Source: Vermamoeba vermiformis (Eukaryota). From it: DNA of 64,000 nucleotides. Position 1 is the first letter of the stretch; every line of letters begins with the position of its first letter. A program made the position numbers and the translations under genes. The notes below the pieces were generated by a model. That model was given only the letters and a program-made list of their open reading frames with translations, was not told the DNA's origin and did no database searches. The stretch lies in assembly GCA_045837725.1 (NCBI GenBank), contig JBEWZL010000209.1:62001-126000 (forward strand), read 5' to 3'. Below, piece by piece: positions 50,361 to 61,591 of the stretch.

Positions 50361-51734
50361 CTACAGGAGTCTGAAGGTCAGACTGGAGGCAATGAACAGC
50401 GCACCAGTGGCCACGAGCACTGAGCCCCAGAATGCCTTGCGTTCAGTCTCTGGCCGTGTGCCGAGATCAACGAGCAGTCGCTCCATTTGATACGAGACGA
50501 CGCGCTGCACGAGAGTGAAGGGAATGATCTTCAAGTGATTCTGCACCACACCCTTGAAGATGCCACTCACGCCTTCCTCTTGCAAAATATCTGCAATGCC
50601 TTCCCACGTGCCTTTGTACGCGAACTGATGACCGGCAGGGAAGATTGTGCTTTGAATCTGCAAATGAGAGCGTCGTTAGAGATCACTGTTTGACACGTGT
50701 CAATCACGTACCTGCATGCGCTTCTTGATCAAATCGAGCGGGTAAGAGGCTGTTTGCGCGACAAAGTTGGCACCGACCCCTAGTCACGTGATCAGTTCAT
50801 TAGTTCACTGAACGAGAGCTATATTTAGTATCACGTACAGATGGCAAAGTCCGCAAATCTGTTGCCGCGGCGATTGAATTTCTTGGAGAGCCAATTGTAG
50901 AGCAGCACTGCACCGCCTTCATAGGGCACTACGGCGAGCACTGCTGGCAACACGCCACCGTAGAGACCTGACACCTGTCAACGTGTCACTTGCCTGCTCG
51001 TGTCTTACGCGTCATGCAACTACTTACACCTTCTTCTTTGACGAGACGAGCCATGCCAGTCCACGTGCCTGGAGCGAGATACAGCGTGAGATATCATTAC
51101 TATAAAAGGAAATATTCGCTCAATGTACCGTGGTAGTAGTCGCGCCAGGGCTGCACAGTCAATCTGTTCTTGATGGTGTCGAATGGGTGCGTGACAAACA
51201 CTGCAATCATGCCAGCCAATATTCCCTAATTAGGAAATAATTGAGCACGTTCTCACTGATACGTATTGAAATAACTTACGACGACATTGTGATTCTTGAA
51301 TACCGACCACATGGTTTGCGATTGCATCACCCACATGCGCGTGACCAAAAATGGAATAAGACGCCACACTGCCGTGCCGTTGCCTTTGAACCAAAAAAGG
51401 AAAGGGTTCTCTTTCAGTAACGCGTCTTTGACTGGCTCCGTGGCCCAGATTGTCTGCAAAAATACGATTAATACGGGTCAATACTGCTGACCATATAGCC
51501 ATTTAATATTAGTGCGCATTTAATACCGTTTTAGCGCTCTTGTGCACGGCAATAATGATTTTTGCTACATCCAGCGGACTGGTGATGGTGCGGGCTGAAG
51601 ATCCGGCCACAAAAGAGCAGACCAACATCTCCCATCGCTGCAATGGTCTTCCTATGAATTAATAGTCGTATTAGTGACTATAGGGCGTAATTTGTGTCGT
51701 AATGAAACTACAACTTCGAATTTACACCGTTCAT
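50361..51734 (-). CDS. Mitochondrial carrier (SLC25) protein, multi-exon
   Basis: Three PxDxxK motifs (SPLDVAK, HPFDTIKNRL, YPLDLIKKRMQ) plus YKGTWEG..EEGVSGIFKG. Confidence 0.85.
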
Positions 51735-52077
51735 TGAATTTAAAATGAAATATATATTATTTAATAATAATTTTTGGCTTGATATTATTTGGGCACCATA
51801 GTTATATTGCTCTTTTCATTAAAATTCCGTATCGTAATTTTTTTGGGAGCTGAAAATCTTTTTGTCGCATTTTGTTATTGGCTATTTAATCACGCTGTAA
51901 TTTGCAGTCCTAAATTACATATTATATTTGACAAATAAAAACTACTTACTGTTCGACATGGCCACGTGTGTCTGTTTGAACAAATAAAATGAAATATTTC
52001 TTATTGTTTTCAATTTCAATTTTATTGACGCAGCACACGGCACAAAAGGTTAACTATTAGAGTTCAACTGATATATA

Positions 52078-55000
52078 ATGCCACTTCACGAGGTCGGATG
52101 TTGTACGAAGCACAAGTTTGCGCACGAAGGTGAATCTGGTGAACAGCAACACGAGAGCCAGAACAGCTCTAGCAAGGGCTTTACAGTCACCAATCCCGAG
52201 AAGCGATATGCGCCGCACTTGCATATTGAACCCAAGCACTTGGACATCACTATTGACGCTGCACAACTGGAGCAGAAATTGGTTGATATTCAATTGACTT
52301 ATTTACTCGAAAATAACACTGTTGGTGCCTCGACTATTACTTTTAATGGCATAGGTACGATATAATACCTTTCTCGAGCTTTCTGGATTTCTTTACCAAT
52401 TTTTAATTTGTCTACCGCTTCTTAGAGCAATACTAGTACTAAACACTTGACCGTTATGTGAGTATACTTATAATTACTAGATTTTGCGGACATCAAGGTC
52501 AGCGGTGAGGGCAAGCCAGACTGGTAAGACGAGTGTAGTTGCAATATTGCCTTTAATATTAATGTTGCTATCTTAGGACCTATGACGGCAAAGAGCTCCA
52601 AGTTTGTTTCAGTGAACCATTCGGCGCTGTTCATGAACGCCGATCACTCACCATCTCGTATCGAGTGGCGCATCCACTCGTTGGCTTGCACTTCTCCGTG
52701 CCCAATGATAAATATCCGCAAAGACCTCTGTTCGCCATGACCGGTATGCGCTTAATTTCCTTTTATGGCAATGCTGACTTGCCGGGCCCAATCAGATCAC
52801 GAGACCGAGAAGGCGCGCTATTGGCTGGCATGTGTCGACTATCCCACTGTGCGCACCAGTCTCGCGTACCACATCACTGCCAAAAAAGGTAAAGTCGTTG
52901 CCAAATATAGTCATTGTGTCTCACACTGGCAGGACTGGTCGTGGTGGCCAATGGTGTGCACGAGAAGGACGAAGAGCTCGATGTGACACGTGTCACTTCG
53001 CACTGGCGACTCGAACAGCGCTGTCCGTCGTACTTGATCTGCTGGGCTGTCGGGGACTTCCAAATTGGTCAGTATTGCCTAATTAGGCTATAACGTACTC
53101 ACACCGCGCAGAACACGACAAAGACGTGCACGGCATTCCCATCGCGTACGTGGCCCCGAAGAATGTGTCACGTGATGTCTTGCGCAGTTCATTTGCAGCC
53201 ACGCCTGCCATCATGAATTTCCTCGAAACCAGACTCGGCGTGCCCTTCCCATTCCCCAAGTACTATCAGATCGCTGTCTCTGGTGTACTCGGTGGGGCGA
53301 TGGAGTACGTAGTTTGACACGTGTCACTCGCAGGTCACTAACAGCCGTGCCATTCACAGAAACATCAGTTTGACATCGTGGAGCGTGCTGTTCTTGTGCG
53401 ACGAGACCTGGGCCAAAGAGTTCCAACTGTTCACTGACGAGGTCAATGTGCACGAGATGGCGCATTCCTATTTTGGTGACAGTGTTGTCATGCGCCACTT
53501 CGAACACGTGTGGCTGAAGGTACAGCTCCAATAATAGCATTGAATGCAGTGCGTAATCCTCATTAGGAATCCTGGGCGACATATATGGAAAGTGTGTGGC
53601 TCGAACAGCACCGCGGCGACGATGAATTCCGCTACGAAATGTACACCAATCTGCACTCGTACGTCAGCGAGACCAACAGCTATGTGCGTCCAATGGTTGA
53701 GCGCCGCTACGACCACTCGTGGGACATGTAAGTGGCACTTATTGCCTTATTTGGCAAGCGTACTGACCTGCGTTAGGTACGACTCTCACACCTACCCTGG
53801 CGGTGCATGGCGCATTCACATGTTGCGGTGAGTACTGTGGTGGCACATGTCAACACGTGCACTGACTGCTCGTTCATGAATCAGCCGTCAGTTGGGCGAT
53901 GACGCGTTCTGGGCAGGTGTCAAAGACTATCTCACGACATATGCTGGCAAGGTGGTGGAGACCGATGACTTCCGCAAGTGTCTCGAGAAGTACAGCGGCA
54001 CCAATCTGACCAAGTTCTTCGACCAATGGTACTAATTATAGCGCATGTGAGTCCGCTAATTGCCTTATTTAGGTACTACTCGGCAGGATTCCCGAAATTG
54101 AAAGGCAGCTACGAGTTCAAAAAAGAGACCAATCGCGTCAAAGTAACGCTCGAACAGACGCAAGTGGACGAGAAGACTGGCGTGGCACTGTTTGACATTG
54201 CACCGGTCATTGAGCTCGTGGACGAGAATGGCAAGACATATCGCGCGACTGTCGTGTTTGAAGGGGCACGTGGCTCAGTGGTGGTGCAAGTGGACAGCAA
54301 GCCCGTGTCGGTGGTGGTGGACCCTGACTACGCGCTGCTGCACACACTCGACTTCAATCCCGGCACCGAGCTCTTGAAGCACACGCTCGTGCACTCTGCG
54401 TCCATGCCACACCGCGTCTGGGCTGCGAAAGAGCTCATCAAGGCACGTGCACTGTAGTCGTAGCACTCAGCACTAACAGCTTCATCCTGCAGCACGGCAG
54501 CTATCAGAGCTTGCAAGCAGTGGATGCGGCCATGAAGACGGAGCAGTTCTACGCGGTGATTGGTGAAACTGCTGCGGCCCTCGCCAAGTCCAAGTCACCC
54601 TTTGCGCTGGATGGTACGTGTGCGTGATTGATCGATACGCGTATTAATGGTGATGTGCAGTGCTCGTCAATATCCTCGCCAACACGCAGCTCGTCAAGGC
54701 ACAAGTACGTGACACAATACAATAGTGATGCTACTGGTACTCATCTCTTATTGTGACCGCGCAGACTATCTCCACACTCGCTGCAATGTCAGTGCGTCAT
54801 CCCAAGATCAGAACTGCACTCCGCGACTACTTGACGCGTACTAACTTGCCCTACCGCGCCACCGCTCGTGCTCTGAATGGACTCGGCAAACAAGTGCGTG
54901 CATGCATTGTTATTGGCACGCAATTACTGACCACTTGTTGACAGCGCAATGAAGAAGATGTGCCGCTGTTGATTGAATGGGCACAACGAAAAGACGTGCT

Positions 55001-55675
55001 CCACGGGTACCACGCCATTGTGTTGTCGGTACGTGAATTCATGAACGAGATGTGGTGTGCTGAGTGGTGTTGATAGGGCGCTATTCGTGGCTTGGGGGAC
55101 AGTCAGTCGCGCAAGGCCTGGGAGTACTTGTACCACGCTGTACGTGACACGTGACATGTTGACAGCTGCATTGACACGTTGTTGCCTAATTAGGTTGATG
55201 AAGGTGTGTTGCCTGAGCTTGCACGTGTTGTTGCCATTGAAGCCCTCGGTGAGATCGTAAGTGTCGCACAGTTGTCACGTGATCGGTGACTGACACGTGT
55301 CCAGAGCAAGATCGACGAGCAGTGCAAGGAGAAGGCACGACTCAAGCTAGAACAGCTGTTGATGGAAGAGAACTACGCTGTGCGCAAGAGTGCCATCACC
55401 GGTAAGCACTGACAGACCTGCCAATGACACTTTGACACGTGACTGATTGACACCTGTCAGCCCTCGTGACACTCAAGGCCTCCAGCTCGAGCAGTGCCAT
55501 CAGAGCCGCCCTCATCTCGCACCAAGATGCGCCGTGGCTGCAACGCAAGCTGAAGACCTTGTCCGAGGCCAAGAGCGGCGAGGAGCTGAAGAGCGAAGTG
55601 AGTGACTTGACGGCCCGCGTCAGCGAGCTCGAGAAGAAGCTGCAGCTGTTGAGGGAGAACAAGGCACTCAACTAG
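52078..55675 (+). CDS. M1 zinc aminopeptidase with C-terminal HEAT-like repeats and a coiled coil, about 18 introns
   Basis: GGAME|N, HEMAHSYFG..WLK|ES (HExxH-x18-E) and YPGGAWRIHML. Confidence 0.9.
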
Positions 55676-55759
55676 TGTTCGGTGACAAGTGATTGCGAGT
55701 AAATGCTCTTAGTGTTCTCTCTTATTATGGCTATTTTTATGTACAAAGTTAATTACAAA

Positions 55760-56681
55760 TTAGGCAAACAGTTGCACGAGCACCAGACCGAGCACAAAAA
55801 TAACTGCAAAGTCAATCCAGAGTCGTCTATCTGCCACGGGAGATTTAGCTGTCGTGGGTACTGCAGCTGATGTCACTTCCTTATTAGGCAAAGTCACGTG
55901 TGCATTCTTTACTGCCCCGTGTTCGGTTGGTTTAGACTCGATTAACAGCGGCACTGGCTCGTGATCCACAAAGCAATTCTGCGCAAAAGGTCGTTGTAAT
56001 TGATACTATTGTCCTATTTATAATAATTTCACTTACGTAAAACTGTGCTTTCTTGTTCAAATGTTCGATCAGCACTGGATCGCGATCAGTAATTGACTTG
56101 ACAAACACATCGAGGTCTTCTTTGCACCACTCGTATGCCCAGGCTAGTACGATAATATTGATTATTAGTCTGTCTATTCAGCAATTACCAAAACATACCC
56201 AGATGTGGTCCAACAATGTTGTGAGTTCTACACGCGTCGCATAGTGCAATGTAGGCAGCAGGACCTCGCTCTTCAAATATCGATAATAGGGGCTGTATAT
56301 AATGCAATTAATAACCTCACACAACGACGAAGCAAAGAATTACCGAAATTTACCTTTAACGATCCAGCATTAGATCGAGCCAGCTTGTTGCCAATAGCCT
56401 GAAAATTAATTAAAATTATTAAGAAAATTATTGGCGGTATTTGACGCGTCACATATTACCGTGAATATCAAATCCCACTGCTCAGCTTCTGCCGCTCGTT
56501 TAGGATTGTTCCAATAGACCTTGGCCTCGTCAATCAATGTGTCTGCAGCGATGTCTTTCAGTGCTACTTCAATAGCACGCTGATCTATCGCGCCACTCGT
56601 GCTCTGGTCCTGCACTGGCGCTTGGTCGCTCTCTTCGCCACATCCACAACTCGTGCAGCCTCCTGAACCACACGCAGACAT
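55760..56681 (-). CDS. Hypothetical tail-anchored protein with an N-terminal Cys cluster, 5 exons
   Basis: Exons splice in frame from MSACGSGGCTSCGCG to a C-terminal TM LWIDFAVIFVLGLVLVQLFA. Confidence 0.6.
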
Positions 56682-56808
56682 GGCGTATGTATAACTGTTA
56701 ATAATTGCACTGAAGGTTGACTCGTTCAGTTTTTATTGACAGCACGTGGCTGGTTCAACAACAGAAATTTCCCGAGTAAAGTGTGATTGCATGCTGGGGA
56801 TTGGTCAG

Positions 56809-58065
56809 TCAGCGAATCTCTGTTCGATCTCGTGAGGGGACACCATTGGACACTACTGACCAATCCTCGTCAAGCCACAGACTAGCGACACCTATCGTAC
56901 TCCAAGCGACACGTGTCAATCACCATGCCTATTCACTACCAGGCTTGCTACAGCTCGTGCCAGGTGCCACCAGCTCAGCCAGCACGCGTGACTCGGCATC
57001 AGACCTGGCACCAACGAGCTGCAGTTTGGCGCGCTGTTTGAACACGGTGCTCATGCGCGGCTGTTCCGTGAGCACGCGGTGAACAGTCGCTGGCAACAGG
57101 CCACGTGTCAATCGCGCGACAGTGTCACCGAGTAGCACGAGACAGATCGATCGGTCACGTGGTCCTGCGCGCCAATCACGTGTCAGTGGACTGTAGATTT
57201 CGAGGCCACTCTCACTGGTGCCAGGGATGAGCGTCAACAGCCCTGCTGCGCATGAGTGACATTGCCCAATTAGGACATTCATCGGACGTACCTCCGTCAG
57301 TATGCGGCACACAGCCCGTGGAGTGCGGTCGTGTGTAGTGAAACACATTCAGACAGCTGTTCGACCACGCACTCGAGAGCGGATCTAGCACTTGCGACAC
57401 GAGCTCTGCGGGCTCTGACGGTGATGACGTGTCGGTCACATGATCGGCAGTGAGATCTCCAGTCACGTGATCACCGTGCAGGTCAGCAGTCACGTGTAGA
57501 TATCGCTCTACCAGGGCCTCAAGACACGTGCGCGCAATGGCCTCGAACAAGAGATAGACGCGCGTACTGATCGCAGCGAGTGCTGGTGAGGGCCAGGCGG
57601 TGAATGCAGGCACGTGACGGATCTGCAGTGAATGATTAGATGGTTGATATATTTGATATGTGACTGTTGGATAATGATTCTATTCGCTGAACGGAAATTG
57701 AATTTCAGATTTTAATTGATTAATTATTTGAAAATAATAATATATACAATAATATTGTCTTAAATACGCTCGTAGTTAACTACCTGAAATGTCTCTTTGA
57801 TTCCTCGACTCGCCATGTATCCAGCATCGTACTGCGCCTCAAAGTGCTGTTCCTTGCGCTCCTTATCCTCGTTGAAAAACAGCTTTGAACTCGCGCGCAG
57901 CTGTTCGAGCAGGTCCACGGCTACATCTGGCAGTTGTAACAGCGCATAGCCTTTGTGCTGCAGTGCAAAGTAGAACTGTTCGTGATCATCTGCGAGGGTG
58001 ACATTAAAGGGTTGTATATGATTGTCAGCCCTAGTCTCCACGGTGACCTTGAGTGGTGTGTACAT
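56809..58065 (-). CDS. 2OG-Fe(II) dioxygenase (IPNS/DIOX family)
   Basis: DIOX_N-like ALQHKGYALL..LFFNEDKERK; HTDG|GLLTL, GDTVARLT..ATVHRV..RMS. Confidence 0.85.
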
Positions 58066-58132
58066 CTGTTTGTGTAAATAATTGTAATTACCACGAACAC
58101 ACCGCAGTAACAATTAATACTGTACTATAGTC

Positions 58133-58841
58133 ATGGAAAAGGCACAAAAATACGCAGAGGGTGTTATCAACGACCCTGTAGTCGAATTCGCTTGGTAAGT
58201 GCCGAACTGAGATCTGATCGAGTTGATCGCGATCTGAATTGACGAATAATTGCGTATTAAATTAATTGCGTAAATAATACGTAATATTAATGGCCCACCT
58301 AAATTAATATCAAAATAATAATTATTTTTTAACGTTTGTAAAAATATTAAGCACGTCATTGAGCTAATACACCCGTGAACTATAGGGCTGAAGTTGCAGC
58401 TAAGCACGCTGAAACACACTTCAAGCTGTTGACTTCATTCGCGGACAGTACGAAGCTCAATCTGACCAAACTCGACGATGAGATCTACAAACACTTCCGA
58501 CAGGTGAGTTAGAGCGTGATCTTAGCGGTAGATGTATATACTAACCCCTGCACTATTACAAGGTATTCCCTGAATTGCGCGTGGATGTTTTGGACTATGA
58601 CGCGATGAAAACAGATGCAGCTAAATCTGAGTGGCGTGACTTCTTCAAGCCTTACGAGCAACGAGTGCATCAATTCAACTTTGCGACGTTGTTGCGCGTT
58701 AATAGCAGTGATGAAGAGGGCTATTGGGAGAAGAATACGATCATTGTCCCGCGGATTCAGTTCTTGGCCATTGAAATCGCTCGTAACAAAGAGGGCCACA
58801 ATAAGAAGTTATATGATACATTACAAAGCAAGAAGCAGTAG
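58133..58841 (+). CDS. PBDC1: PBDC1/YPL225W-like protein, 3 exons
   Basis: NDPVVEFAW|AEVA, LTKLDDEIYKHFR, KSEWRDF, FNFATLLR and VPRIQFLAIEIARNKEG. Confidence 0.88.
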
Positions 58842-59114
58842 ATAAATGCGGTCACTTGTGTAATTATTAAGCGAATAGTCGCGTGTGGTGGGATCGATCG
58901 AGTTTTATTTTGTTACAAATCTTTAAGATTGTGATTAGGCAGTACCTTTCAAACTGCGTGCATCCCTTAATATACCTATAGCCGATTAGTACTGTTGAAA
59001 GGTGTCTATTCAAGTTCGGAATTTACTTTCAGTTGTCGTTTAAAATTTGGATGCAGGACCTCGAGTGAAGTGCGGTGAAATTGATTTTATTACGGGCGAT
59101 AGTGCTATATTCCA

Positions 59115-61420
59115 ATGAATAAGAATAAGGCCAACACTGGCAATAACAAGCCTAAACAGGTATCACTAAACTAAAAAATTATAAGTCCATTTCGAAATCT
59201 GATTGAATAGTAATTTAATAGTTATTATTTAAATTAATCCTATTAATGGCGATATATGCGCATTTAATTGTACCATAATTAATAATTTTCGTCTTTGATA
59301 GCCCACATCCAACACAAAATCAACCAAGCCAAAAGAAGCAGCAAAAAAATCAGCCACAACCACGTGCGTGTATTTACAGCCCTATTAATTATTATATGCT
59401 CCGAGATATTTATATTTGATTTCGATAAAGCTATTGAAATCTACAGATATTTTCGAGTACAAAAGCTGTGCCAAATTTAGTAACACATTGATTCATTGCA
59501 GAACTGCAAAGACTGCACCGAAGACAGCCAGTACAAGTGTCAAACCGACGCCTGTCACCAGCACCACGGCCAGTGCGAAGAAGACACCAGCAACCAAACC
59601 CAAGGCAGCAACAAATGTCAAACCCCCGCCTCCAGCTGTTGAGACTAAAAATAGCGCTGAGAGTACCACCAACGAGAACAACACAAATGTCAAAGTGGAG
59701 TCACCGCCGAGCAGCACAGACAAAGTTGAGGTGAGTGTCAAAGCGACACCTGCCGCGCCGAAGTCCAGGTATGTAATTGACACGTGTCATAATCGCACCA
59801 CCGCAGTCGAGACTGACATTGACACCTGTCAAAGTGCCAAAAAAGCACCTGCAGCAACAGCGAAGAGCAAGACGAGCACTGCCACTGCCAAGACGAGCAC
59901 GACAAGTGTCAAAGCGAAGCCTGCAACCACAACCACCTCCAAGACAAGTGTCACCAAGCCACCTGCACCGACTGCCAAGACCAGCGCTGCCAAAGCAGCT
60001 GACAAGAAGCGACCAGCCGCGACAAGTGTCACATCGAGTGTCAAATCCAAGCCCGCGACCACGACTTCCAAAAGTGGCAAGAGCAGTGCCAACACATCGA
60101 AATCGAACAGTCGTCAGAGCAGTCGCCAAGTGTCACCGAGCAGCACGGTCAGTGACAGGTACGCACTGGTCTATATTGCCCTAACACCACTAATGACACG
60201 TGTCATTGCAGGTCAAAAGTGTCACACGAGACACCTGACAGTCACGAGACACCAGCTGGCACACCCAATGACACGCCTGAAGACAGCGTGACACGACCAC
60301 GTGCCAACACGACGTCCCTGCGCGACCTGGTCACGGTGTTCGAGTCCACCGCGCAGCTCATTGCCGCGAGCACGCAACCTCCTGAGAAATCTCCGCGGAG
60401 ATCAAGTGTCAAATCGTCAACGCTGCGACAGCTCAGCAAGAAATTTGAGCGGGAAAATGAAGACAGCACGGATGATCTCCGAAAATATCTCAGTCTGCGC
60501 CACCTGGACGCCTCATCGGAACTGCTCCGATCTCCACACGTGACTGAAAATATTCCGCTGCTGTTGTGGAGCAATCACGTGACAGCTGAGCACGTGGTGT
60601 CGAACGATCACGTGCTGGTGACAGCGACGAGTGAGGAGTACGTGACGGTGTGGGACCTGCTCGAGAACAAGTGAGTGTTGCGTCTATATTTGGTTCTTTG
60701 CACTTATTAACTTGATGTGTCAGTGCGCACCAGTTCAGTGGACATACGAGTCACGTGACGGGCATGGCACTGGCAGCCGAGGGCGATCAGATCGTGACGC
60801 TGAGCGAGCACGAGATACTGTCGTGGCGCGCGAGTGACTGTCACGTGACTGGTCAGCAACAACTGCGCGCTGATCTCGTCGCACTCACCTCCGACGGAGC
60901 ACACGCGGTGACAGCTGTCAATGCCGAACTCACGCTGTGGACGGGCGAAGAGCTCAAGCCCCTGAAGACAATCTCGCACGGAGATCACGTCACGTGCTTG
61001 ACCATGTGGCCGCGCAGTGCGGGACAATTGCTATTTATAGTCACTGGATCACGTGATCGCGCCATCAGACTGTGGGACCTCGCAACAGGCGAGTGTCTGA
61101 GCACGATTGAAGACGCGCACCAGGGCCCCATCACTGCACTGCGCGTGCTCTCCCAGGGCCGTCACGTGATCTCGTACTCGGCACGTGATCAGCACGTGAA
61201 GATTTGGGAACTGGACAACAAGGAGTGCGTGCTGCAACATCACGTGACTGAACCCTGCACGCGCACCCTGATCAAAGTGGTGTCAGACTGGAGTCACGTG
61301 ACTGCGCGCGAGAGTCAGCAGTGGGACGATCTCCTATTGGCCACCGAGATTCAAAATCTCAAACTGCAGATTGGACTCAGCGAGGGCTGCTGTTGCATTC
61401 TGGTCAGCGACGAGTTGTAA
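59115..61420 (+). CDS. WD40-repeat protein with a Lys/Thr/Ala/Ser-rich N-terminal region, multi-exon
   Basis: VTGSRDRAIRLWD, AHQGPITAL..VKIWE and low-complexity KPATT repeats. Confidence 0.75.
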
Positions 61421-61591
61421 ATTATTATTAAAATATCCTCCCTGTTAATACTGACCACGCGCTTGTTCTCGTTCATGAACCGTCGCGCACGTGATTTGTC
61501 ACGTGGATTTGTGCCCTGAGGGACTTGTTCGCTTCCAGAATCTACTTTTGTTGCCTCACCGAAGTAAAGACATCTATATTAACCCTTTATA

